DNA of 64,000 nucleotides from a virus. Location of the stretch: positions 32,001 through 96,000 of IMG/VR virus record IMGVR_UViG_3300032401_000001; one strand, written 5' to 3'. Within the stretch, counting starts at the first letter, position 1. The number at the start of each line of letters is the position of its first letter. The notes under the pieces were generated by a model that was given only the letters and a program-made list of their open reading frames with translations, searched no databases and was not told the DNA's origin. The position numbers were made by a program, and so were the translations under genes. Below, piece by piece: positions 56,729 to 64,000 of this stretch.

Positions 56729-56959
56729 TTGGGCAAGCCTGCTGACAAGGACAAGAAGAAGCGCCACGTCGTCATCGAGAAGCCGCACTGCTACTTCTGC
56801 AAGAAGCCGCTCGAGGGACCGGTCCTCTGCTACAAGATCGACACGCCCGACGGCATCGGCTTCAGCCATGTCGAGAGCGAGAGTCATCACGTGCCCGAAG
56901 AGATTCGCCACTTGAACGTCGTGGGCGAGCGCGCGCATCAGCCCTTGCATCTGTGGTAG
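56729..56959 (+). CDS. Small Zn-finger-like protein
   Basis: 'HCYFC...SHVES'; SD GGAGG, TTG start. Confidence 0.55.
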   Translation: MGKPADKDKKKRHVVIEKPHCYFCKKPLEGPVLCYKIDTPDGIGFSHVESESHHVPEEIRHLNVVGERAHQPLHLW

Positions 56960-57120
56960 CGCAGGTCGTCGCAGGTGTCTCAGCATGACCGTCGGCGTCA
57001 CGTCGACAGCGTTGTCTCAGTCAGACGACGTTTACTACAGCGCTAGCCCTACGGGGTGAGGTAGTCACGCGCGGATCTCTCCGATCTCCGTGCCAGCGTA
57101 GCTGCGACGAAGGAGCTCAC

Positions 57121-57441
57121 ATGATCAGCGTCGAAGGCGTCTTGCGCTGCGACATGCCCGGCTGCAAGCGGGTCACGCAGTGCCTCGTGGTGCTATCGCC
57201 GCCCGGCTTGGCGGGTATCTTCGGCATGACCTCATCGGCCATTCGCGTCGTGCACATCGTCGGTGAGGATGGCCAGCTGCAGCCGAAGTCGGGCTGGCGC
57301 TTCTCTGGCCTGCTCGGCGACGCTGCGGTCTGCGACCAGCACACCGACGAAGACGTCGAACGTCAGGCTGAAGTCGAGCGCGAAGCGAATCGGGCGTCGC
57401 ATCGACGAGAACGGGAGCGCGACGCGAATGGCCACAAGTGA
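57121..57441 (+). CDS. Zn-finger-like hypothetical protein
   Basis: SD AAGGAG; 'CDMPGC...VCDQH'. Confidence 0.65.
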   Translation: MISVEGVLRCDMPGCKRVTQCLVVLSPPGLAGIFGMTSSAIRVVHIVGEDGQLQPKSGWRFSGLLGDAAVCDQHTDEDVERQAEVEREANRASHRRERERDANGHK

Positions 57442-57748
57442 ATCGCCCAGCTTGTACGGTGTTCTCAGTTTTCTCCTCTTGGTCGTCATGGTGCTTGCCT
57501 GGGTGCTGAAGCCCGTGGCGTGTGCGCCGCTCGATGCTGATGTGATTCGTTCGGTTGAGCAGCTCGGCTGGTCGGAAGTGCGTCTCGGCGAGCGTCATCC
57601 GTACTTCGTCGGTTTCCATGGCTGTGCCGGTAGCGATTCATTCGCCTACGAGGCGTGGGCACGCAATCCGGCGGGGCAGATGGTGAAGGTCGTCGTCTGT
57701 AGTGGCAATACGGTGACGAACAAGGGCGTGACGGTGCGGGTGCGCTGA
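57428..57748 (+). CDS. Membrane-anchored hypothetical protein
   Basis: N-terminal TM; 'GCAGSD...ARNPAGQ...VVCSG...KGVTVR'. Confidence 0.65.
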   Translation: MATSESPSLYGVLSFLLLVVMVLAWVLKPVACAPLDADVIRSVEQLGWSEVRLGERHPYFVGFHGCAGSDSFAYEAWARNPAGQMVKVVVCSGNTVTNKGVTVRVR

Positions 57749-57765
57749 ATCGAAAGGGCTGGCTC

Positions 57766-57948
57766 ATGAAGCCGAAGTTGGAGTTCTGGACCATCTACGG
57801 CGACACGGTGTGCTCAAAGCATCGGACGTCGACGGCCGCCGTGCGTGCCGCGGTGAAGTGTGAGGGTCGCGGTGGCGTCGTGCACCGCATCCTCAAGGTG
57901 TACGACGTCACGTACCTGCGCGACGTCTTCTTGGAGAAGAAGCGGTGA
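57766..57948 (+). CDS. Small hypothetical protein
   Basis: Coupled to next gene. Confidence 0.5.
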   Translation: MKPKLEFWTIYGDTVCSKHRTSTAAVRAAVKCEGRGGVVHRILKVYDVTYLRDVFLEKKR

Positions 57949-58169
57949 AGTCTCTCCCAAATCTCGACCACCTGATGATGCGACTGAACTGGGGCGAGCC
58001 GGTGCGCTACGTGGAAGACCTGCCGCAGGCGGAGAACTTCGACGCACGTATGGTGCAAGGAGATGACCCGCCTTTCACCGCAACCTGCCACGTCTTCCTT
58101 GATGGGGAGTGGTGCATATTGGCAAGCGGGTTCGGTGATCCGCAACCGGCGCACCGACCCAAGAGGTGA
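57945..58169 (+). CDS. Small hypothetical protein
   Basis: GTGA coupling. Confidence 0.5.
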   Translation: MKSLPNLDHLMMRLNWGEPVRYVEDLPQAENFDARMVQGDDPPFTATCHVFLDGEWCILASGFGDPQPAHRPKR

Positions 58170-58173
58170 AACG

Positions 58174-58893
58174 ATGCCTTGCCGCAAGTGTGGCAGTTTC
58201 GCAGTTGAGACCAGCGACGCTCTCTGTCACCAGTGCTCCATCTTCGAACACTCGCGGGTCTATATGACGCCGGAAGCAATACCGTCGGCGCCACCACAGT
58301 GGTTCGAGACCGCTTGCCCGCGGTATTACCTCGATTGTATCGCCGAGCAGGCAACAGACGGTCTGCTGCGCATGCCGTGGGACGTCTACTTCCTGTCCAT
58401 CTGCGATGCGGTGAAGGCCCGCTCGATCGACCAGGATACGCAGAACGGCGCGGTCATCGTCAACGAGCACCGGCGCCTGGTCTCGACGGGCTACAATGCG
58501 TTCCCCGCCGGCGTGGACGACACGTTCTGGCCGAAGGACCGCACGACGAAAGTCGCGGTGCCCAAGGTCGGCTTCACTGGTCACCCCGGCAAGTCGGCGG
58601 CGTCGACCTACGACCCGAACAAGAGCTACGCGGTCGATGATGTCTACTCCGTCGACAAATACTTCGCGATGACTCACGCCGAGATGAATGCGGTCGTCGC
58701 GGCGGGGCAAGACCTGCACGGCTGCTGCATCTACACGCTGCTCTTCCCTTGCCACGAGTGCGCCAAGGCCATCATCACCAGCGGCATCAAGCGCGTGGTC
58801 TTCACCGTGACGCGTGAGGATCCCAGCTGGGCAGTGGCGAAGGAGCTGTTCTTGCAGAGCGGCGTGGAGCTGGTGGGACCGGAGAAGCCATGA
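58174..58893 (+). CDS. dCMP deaminase
   Basis: 'WDVYFL', 'GAVIV', 'TGYNAFP', 'HAEMNA', 'FPCHECAKAII.SGIKRV'; SD GAGG. Confidence 0.9.
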   Translation: MPCRKCGSFAVETSDALCHQCSIFEHSRVYMTPEAIPSAPPQWFETACPRYYLDCIAEQATDGLLRMPWDVYFLSICDAVKARSIDQDTQNGAVIVNEHRRLVSTGYNAFPAGVDDTFWPKDRTTKVAVPKVGFTGHPGKSAASTYDPNKSYAVDDVYSVDKYFAMTHAEMNAVVAAGQDLHGCCIYTLLFPCHECAKAIITSGIKRVVFTVTREDPSWAVAKELFLQSGVELVGPEKP

Positions 58894-60013
58894 CCGTACG
58901 TTGTAAGCACGGTATGCGGACGGAGTTCTGCAGTGTCTGTACACCGGCACCGCTTCCGGCCAGTGTGCCTCGCCACGTTACGGTGAAACAAGGTCGAGTG
59001 CTACGAGAACGTACGCCACCGTTGGAAGCGCCGTACTTGGGCGGTCGTTACGCTCTGGTCCATGTTGCTGGTCCCCACTTCTGTGGACACGTCCACGCCG
59101 TTGAACACCTCACGACGCAAACTGAAGTGGTTCACCTGCATGGTCACCCTTACGTGTGGGTCGTCGAGGCTGTGTTGGCGCAGGCGCCGAATCTGCGCAG
59201 GCTTCAAGTCATCCCGTCAATGGTACGCGCCTGCAAAGAGACCGTTCGGACTTTATGCGCCGCGCGTGGTGTGCAGATTGTAGCGGGACACCATCGTCCT
59301 GACCTGGCGTGGGCGGAAGACGAGATTCGACACACTCCGCTCTATGGTCACTACCAGCGCTTCTTGCGCGGTTTAGCTGGAATCCAGTACGAGCAATTCC
59401 AGGAACTGCTCGTCATGGGGTTCGAAGCGGCGCAGCTTGCAGCGCGCTATTATTGTCTTGCAAGCGAAGCGCCTATCACGCTACGGGTTCTCGCAGACGA
59501 CCACGGTCTCGAAAGCATCTCTGGCGCTTCGTCGCACATTCACGCTGTGTTCTACTATCTTGACTCTTCGATTCAAGCTGGAAAAGCTTCGGTTCGTCTA
59601 GCCCGGAATCTCTACCTGCGCGTGGTACGTTTGCGCCCGCTGTTAGCATCTGTTGCGGCGCTGGATGCGCAGTTGCGTGCGCACGGGGTCACGGCGTTGC
59701 CCGCTGGTTTTCCATTGTCCCGTTTGGACATCTATCTTGACCTCGTGGCGGCGTCACGCGATGGTCGATTGGCATCGTTGAAGGCGGATCGTCCGAAAGC
59801 GCATCAGGCGTTGATACTGCGCTTCGGTCTTGAAGGCGAGTTCGTGTACCGGACGCTTCGGGAAGTAGCGGTCCTGTTTGGTGGCGTGACGCGGGAGTGG
59901 ATCCGCTTGTTGGAAACGCAGGGTTTGACTCGGTTGAACATCGTCGATGAAGATACGATCGAAACAACGGCAATCGCCGCAACAGATGTGGAGACGACGG
60001 GACCGGAGAAGCC
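58875..60013 (+). repeat. 15-bp direct repeat GGGACCGGAGAAGCC flanking the sigma-4 gene
   Basis: Exact copies at 58875-58889 and 59999-60013. Confidence 0.8.
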
Positions 60014-60017
60014 GTAG
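58890..60017 (+). CDS. Protein with C-terminal sigma-70 region-4 HTH (no region 2)
   Basis: 'LILRFGL...TLREVAVLFGGVTREWIRLLE.QGL.RL'; degenerate internal copy 'ARYYCL..EAPITLRVLA'; lower GC3. Confidence 0.7.
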   Translation: MTVRCKHGMRTEFCSVCTPAPLPASVPRHVTVKQGRVLRERTPPLEAPYLGGRYALVHVAGPHFCGHVHAVEHLTTQTEVVHLHGHPYVWVVEAVLAQAPNLRRLQVIPSMVRACKETVRTLCAARGVQIVAGHHRPDLAWAEDEIRHTPLYGHYQRFLRGLAGIQYEQFQELLVMGFEAAQLAARYYCLASEAPITLRVLADDHGLESISGASSHIHAVFYYLDSSIQAGKASVRLARNLYLRVVRLRPLLASVAALDAQLRAHGVTALPAGFPLSRLDIYLDLVAASRDGRLASLKADRPKAHQALILRFGLEGEFVYRTLREVAVLFGGVTREWIRLLETQGLTRLNIVDEDTIETTAIAATDVETTGPEKP

Positions 60018-60034
60018 AAGGGAGAAAGACCGAC

Positions 60035-60403
60035 ATGTCGATACTCAACCATCCGTTTTGGTCGAAACTGCAGCCGTACGTCTACAAGAAATTGTCTCAT
60101 TACGCTCTCAAGACGAAGGAACCTATCTACCGTCTTGAGCTCAGCAACGATATACCGCAGGCGTTGCTCGATGGCATACGGGAGATCGAAATCGAGTGTG
60201 CCAACACTTTGTGTCGTCAACTTCACACGCCGGTGCGGCCTCGATCGGTGAAGGACAAGAAGACCGGCATTCGTCGGTGGACCAATCGCTTCTATCTGGC
60301 CACCAGTTGTAGGAACTTGAGCTGTACGCGTACCGATGACGTGACCGCCGCCAAGCAAGCCATCGAAGCTGCGGTGAGCGAAAGGATGGATGACGATGCC
60401 TGA
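60035..60403 (+). CDS. Hypothetical protein
   Basis: SD GGGAG; Cys pairs; lower GC3. Confidence 0.55.
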   Translation: MSILNHPFWSKLQPYVYKKLSHYALKTKEPIYRLELSNDIPQALLDGIREIEIECANTLCRQLHTPVRPRSVKDKKTGIRRWTNRFYLATSCRNLSCTRTDDVTAAKQAIEAAVSERMDDDA

Positions 60404-61103
60404 ACCCCTCATCCTCGTCCTCAAGACCGACCCCGACCGTGCCGTCGCCTACGCCTGTCCCGACTGCCACAACGTCATCCAGGCGGCGAACGACAACCCC
60501 GACATCGACGCCGCGGCGCGCAAGCACGCTGCGGAGCACTGCATCTTCCACTGCGAGAAGTGCGGTGTGCGCCTCATCAAGAAGCCCGGCCCGGAGCAGA
60601 ACTACCCGGGCTGGGGCACGCTGTGCTCAGCGTGCGACAAGCAGCGCAACCTCGACCGCTACCAGCAGCGCTTCGATGCGGCCGAGAAGCTCACTGAGCA
60701 GCAGTTCAACGAGCGCACTGACCTCGACCCGGTCGTCTACCTCGAAGGCGAAGATCACTTCTTCCCCGAGGGCATCGATGAGCTGCGCGAGTGGTGGTGC
60801 GAGTTCCACTACGACCCGAAGAAGCCCGACGAGATGCCGGACTTCCCGGAGTACGTCTTCACCTGCACCAGCATCACCGGCGTACGCCTGGACGCCGATA
60901 GCATCCTCGAGAGTGCCCTTGATGAGCACCACGAGGACGCCGTCGAGAGCGTCAACGTCGAGGCGCTGCAGAAGCACCTCGACGAGTGGTCGGCTGACCC
61001 CGCCAACCAGGTCACCTCGTGGGAGGCGAATCACAAGCTGCTGGTGCTCCTCGATGACGACGTGAACGAGGCGTTCTTGAAGAAGTGGCGCGAAGAGGCG
61101 TAG
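60390..61103 (+). CDS. Zn-finger-containing hypothetical phage protein
   Basis: 'CPDC', 'CEKC', 'CSAC' then acidic domain; very high GC3. Confidence 0.75.
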   Translation: MTMPEPLILVLKTDPDRAVAYACPDCHNVIQAANDNPDIDAAARKHAAEHCIFHCEKCGVRLIKKPGPEQNYPGWGTLCSACDKQRNLDRYQQRFDAAEKLTEQQFNERTDLDPVVYLEGEDHFFPEGIDELREWWCEFHYDPKKPDEMPDFPEYVFTCTSITGVRLDADSILESALDEHHEDAVESVNVEALQKHLDEWSADPANQVTSWEANHKLLVLLDDDVNEAFLKKWREEA

Positions 61104-61105
61104 CC

Positions 61106-61435
61106 GTGTGGAAGAAGCATCCATTGGCACTGCCGGCCGACGAGGCGTCGTTCCATGTCTGGCGTCTCCATGAGCTGGGACGCATCTCTATGCTACGGGC
61201 GTTTATCGCAATCGGTGCCGGCGCACTGTTGGGTTTGGTGCCCATGCTGTTGTTGTGGGCCTTCGCTGGTGTGCCGTTGCGGTGGTTCATGTTCGGTTGG
61301 ATGCTCGCAGCCGGCGTGCTCATGATGACCAGCCACAGCCTGCTCGTCTGGCGCTGTGCGCGTAATCAGCGGGTCATCGCGGCGCTCAAAGCGGAGGGGC
61401 GGCTGCGAGTCATCACGCATGAGGAGGAGCCGTAG
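61106..61435 (+). CDS. Membrane protein (2 TM)
   Basis: Two long hydrophobic segments. Confidence 0.6.
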   Translation: MWKKHPLALPADEASFHVWRLHELGRISMLRAFIAIGAGALLGLVPMLLLWAFAGVPLRWFMFGWMLAAGVLMMTSHSLLVWRCARNQRVIAALKAEGRLRVITHEEEP

Positions 61436-61436
61436 C

Positions 61437-61640
61437 ATGGTCAAGTCCAAGCCGATCTACATCATCGAGGAGCTGAGCGCGGAGTGGGGTTGGTCCCCCG
61501 TGGGCGACGACTACAACCAGAAAGCTGCGCTCAACTATGCTCGTGCCAATCAAGAGCGTGAGGGTACGCAGCACCGAGTGACCCGCTACCTGCCTGATCC
61601 CAAGTACAAAGTTCAACAGTTCGGGTCCAAGGAGAAGTAA
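61437..61640 (+). CDS. Small hypothetical protein
   Basis: SD GAGGAG. Confidence 0.6.
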   Translation: MVKSKPIYIIEELSAEWGWSPVGDDYNQKAALNYARANQEREGTQHRVTRYLPDPKYKVQQFGSKEK

Positions 61641-61823
61641 ATGGCAGCGAATCTCAGCACGCTGGCACGTGGCCCAGCGACGAAGCCCTACACCAAGAAG
61701 CAGCTGCAGCAGATCCGCCGGTGGGTCATGGATGACTGGGAGTCGCACGACATGGAGACCGATCTGGTGAAAGTCGTGCTGCGGCTGCTCAACACCATCG
61801 AGTCGAGAAAGAAACCGTCATGA
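61641..61823 (+). CDS. Small hypothetical protein
   Basis: SD AAGGAG; abuts previous stop. Confidence 0.6.
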   Translation: MAANLSTLARGPATKPYTKKQLQQIRRWVMDDWESHDMETDLVKVVLRLLNTIESRKKPS

Positions 61824-62173
61824 AGACCCACGTCGCCTACGAGAAGAAGTACCGTCGGGTGAAGGCCAAGCTGCTCGACAGCCATTACACGTTGAGCGCG
61901 TATCTCAGCACCATCGAAGCTGAGCGCGATGCGATTCGGCGCCGCAACGGCGTCACTCATCAACGGCTGCATCGCTGGATCAAGCGCTTGCTGGACGACG
62001 TGCGTCTGGGCACGCTGGTCGCGGGCAAGCCGACCATCGCGACCAACGTGCTCGATTCGCTCCTGGTGGAGCTCCAGGACGAAGCGCGCCACTACTACCT
62101 CAACTCGGATGAGCTGCTCGCCGATTGTGAACGGTGCCAGAATCGGCGGGCCAAGAAGGTGAACGCACGATGA
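61820..62173 (+). CDS. Hypothetical protein
   Basis: ATGA coupling. Confidence 0.6.
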   Translation: MKTHVAYEKKYRRVKAKLLDSHYTLSAYLSTIEAERDAIRRRNGVTHQRLHRWIKRLLDDVRLGTLVAGKPTIATNVLDSLLVELQDEARHYYLNSDELLADCERCQNRRAKKVNAR

Positions 62174-62251
62174 CTTTTCTCCCCGGGGAGAACGACAGCA
62201 GCCTGGCGCGGGTGCGCCTCGAAGCGTTGGCGCTGGTGGTAAGAAGCGCAC

Positions 62252-62761
62252 ATGAGCGACTCTGGCAACTACTTCAGCGATGGCACCAATCGTTGGAAGG
62301 CGGAAACGCTGTGGCAGGCCGCGAAAGACCTGCCAGTCGAAGAAGTGCCCATCGAGACCCTGCTGTCGACGACTGAGGTTCGGCGCATCCTGCGTGCGGG
62401 ACTGGAGCATCCCGTCATTCTTGGGCCGCAGGGTGGCGTGCTAGATGGTTTTCATCGCATCGCCAAGGCATGGCTCACTGGTCAGCAGTCGCTGTTGGTG
62501 CAGCGCTTGCCGGTAATGCCAGTACCCGACGACGACATCAACTATAATCGCAACGCTCTGCTCGATCTGCTCGAGTACTGCCTCAACTACCTCACACCCA
62601 CGACTTCGACGCACGAAGAGATCGTCGGTCTCTTGCATAAAGAACGCGGTTACGTCTGCATGTGCGGCTACTGCCCGCCGACGGCCCGGGAGCGCAACAA
62701 CGGGCCGTGTCCGGCGTGCGGGGCGACGATGTCGCACAACTGCCCAGGGGAGAAGCCGTAG
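62252..62761 (+). CDS. ParB/Sulfiredoxin-like N-terminal domain protein with C-terminal Zn ribbon
   Basis: 'PVIL..QGGVLDGFHRIAKA...G'; 'CMCGYC...CPAC'. Confidence 0.65.
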   Translation: MSDSGNYFSDGTNRWKAETLWQAAKDLPVEEVPIETLLSTTEVRRILRAGLEHPVILGPQGGVLDGFHRIAKAWLTGQQSLLVQRLPVMPVPDDDINYNRNALLDLLEYCLNYLTPTTSTHEEIVGLLHKERGYVCMCGYCPPTARERNNGPCPACGATMSHNCPGEKP

Positions 62762-63087
62762 TGCGCATCTCTCTCGTCATGTTGTACTTCGGCTACGCGG
62801 GCATCTTGCTGGCGCTGGGCGACTACTTCAGCAAGCGCTGGGCGAGTGGGACGTTGGGAGTCAGCGGTCTCTTGCTGGCTACGACGATGTACCTCTTGTC
62901 GCTGCCGGGTTGGTTCCTGGGCATGAAGCACCACCCGCAGCTGGTGAAGATGGCGCTGCTGTGGAACCTCGTGCTCACCTTGGCCAGCGTGCTGGTAGGT
63001 CTGCTGGTTTTCCATGAGCGTCTTTCGGCAGTGCACGTTGCCGGCGGGGTTCTAGCCCTGGCGAGTATCGTGTTACTCTCGCTGTGA
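62761..63087 (+). CDS. SMR/DMT-family small 4-TM transporter
   Basis: 108 aa, four hydrophobic helices, 'ALGDYFSK' in TM1, 'VGLLVFHERLS...AGGVL' terminal signature. Confidence 0.75.
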   Translation: MRISLVMLYFGYAGILLALGDYFSKRWASGTLGVSGLLLATTMYLLSLPGWFLGMKHHPQLVKMALLWNLVLTLASVLVGLLVFHERLSAVHVAGGVLALASIVLLSL

Positions 63088-63096
63088 GAGGTTTCG

Positions 63097-63306
63097 ATGC
63101 CCTACGAGTTCCACGTTCAGACGCCCGTTGTCGTGCAGAAAACAGGCGCCTGTGTGCACTGTGGGAAGTACACTGACGAAGGTGTCGTGTACCAGCACGG
63201 TCTCTTTCCCCTGCACCACCTCCATCTCGAAGAGCTGACACTGGAGCAACGTATGGCGCTGTTCCAGCGGCTCTTGGTCGAAGCTCAGGTCCAGAAGGCC
63301 GCATGA
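63097..63306 (+). CDS. Small hypothetical protein
   Basis: SD GAGG; CxxC. Confidence 0.55.
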   Translation: MPYEFHVQTPVVVQKTGACVHCGKYTDEGVVYQHGLFPLHHLHLEELTLEQRMALFQRLLVEAQVQKAA

Positions 63307-63821
63307 CGCTGCTCGAGCTCAGCCAGAAGGGGGTGCGGGTCATCCGGGCGATGCTGTTCGCCTTCGATGTGCCCGGCCGCCGCGTCATCATGCAGCGGCG
63401 CCTCTGGCCGTCCTGGGAACGGAGCACCTACGGTGGTGGTGACGAAGCCACCTATGTTCTCTCTGGCATCGAAGGCCGCATCCCGCTGGCCAGCCCGGCC
63501 GGGGTGGCGATGTGCGTCGAGCAGCTCTTTCGTGAGGTCACTGGGCTGACCATCCCCGCAGTTCGCTGGCAGCTGACCGGCATGAGCGAGATCGCCCCGC
63601 GGGTTCACTCGCCGATTCCCTTCGCCCCGGAACATCCGTCGCCGCTGTGTGTCTTCGCCGCGGCCTGTGATCCGCCGGCGCAGGTCGATAGCGCTCAGGC
63701 CCTGGTGGGCGATGTCCTGGCACCGGTGCGCATCGACGAAGTGCTGCTGGGCCAGTCGCAAGCACTGCTCGACCCGCTGCCGCCGTTGTTGGCGACGGCG
63801 TTCCAGGCCGTTGGTGGCTGA
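63303..63821 (+). CDS. Hypothetical protein
   Basis: 172 aa, ATGA coupling. Confidence 0.6.
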   Translation: MTLLELSQKGVRVIRAMLFAFDVPGRRVIMQRRLWPSWERSTYGGGDEATYVLSGIEGRIPLASPAGVAMCVEQLFREVTGLTIPAVRWQLTGMSEIAPRVHSPIPFAPEHPSPLCVFAAACDPPAQVDSAQALVGDVLAPVRIDEVLLGQSQALLDPLPPLLATAFQAVGG

Positions 63822-63822
63822 A

Positions 63823-63837
63823 CTTTACGGCGTAAAC
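63823..63837. promoter_or_regulatory. TTTAC-N3-GTAAA palindrome
   Basis: CTTTACGGCGTAAAC between stop (63821) and SD AAGGAG of next gene. Confidence 0.7.
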
Positions 63838-63857
63838 CATCAGCAAGGAGCAGACAC

Positions 63858-64000
63858 ATGGGCAGCAAGATTGTCACGCGACCGACGTTCCAGAAGGGTG
63901 ATCAGGTCAAGTGGGGCAGCCAGGCCGGCGGCTTCGTTCTCGAGAAGACCGGTACCGTCGTGGCGGTGTTGCCGCCCGGCATGCAGCCGCTGACGCACTG
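63858..64000 (+). CDS. Hypothetical protein, partial (runs off right edge)
   Basis: SD AAGGAG; MGSKIVTRPTFQKGDQVKWGSQAGG... Confidence 0.6.
   Translation, partial: MGSKIVTRPTFQKGDQVKWGSQAGGFVLEKTGTVVAVLPPGMQPLTH

Overview
The window reads as a slice of a large, high-GC (roughly 60-65% by eye) tailed phage or prophage genome, probably with a contractile tail. Bases 1-16.5 kb are a minus-strand tail/baseplate operon: tail assembly chaperone pair, 1304-aa tape measure, hub-like protein, an embedded sigma-70-family sigma factor, a lytic transglycosylase, gp25-like and baseplate J-like proteins, and a large baseplate protein running off the left edge. From 16.7 kb a densely packed, translationally coupled plus-strand region carries a second transglycosylase, family-4 UDG, DinG helicase, XRE regulator, RNase HII, dNMP kinase, DEDDh exonuclease, DUF5131, dCMP deaminase, a ParB-like protein, an SMR-type transporter and about 90 small, mostly hypothetical genes. 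The most striking element is a family of 23 small paralogues (33.7-56.6 kb) sharing a rigid N-terminal MxCxxCPxSLxC motif and an 8-cysteine scaffold around hypervariable loops. Other notable signals: a palindrome TTTAC(G/C)NCGTAAA found six times (five between genes), two intergenic clusters of abutting hairpins, an AT-rich purine-skewed stretch next to a lone 916-aa antisense ORFan, and a probable non-canonical -1 frameshift in the tail chaperone. All family assignments come from motif recognition by eye; no database searches were run.
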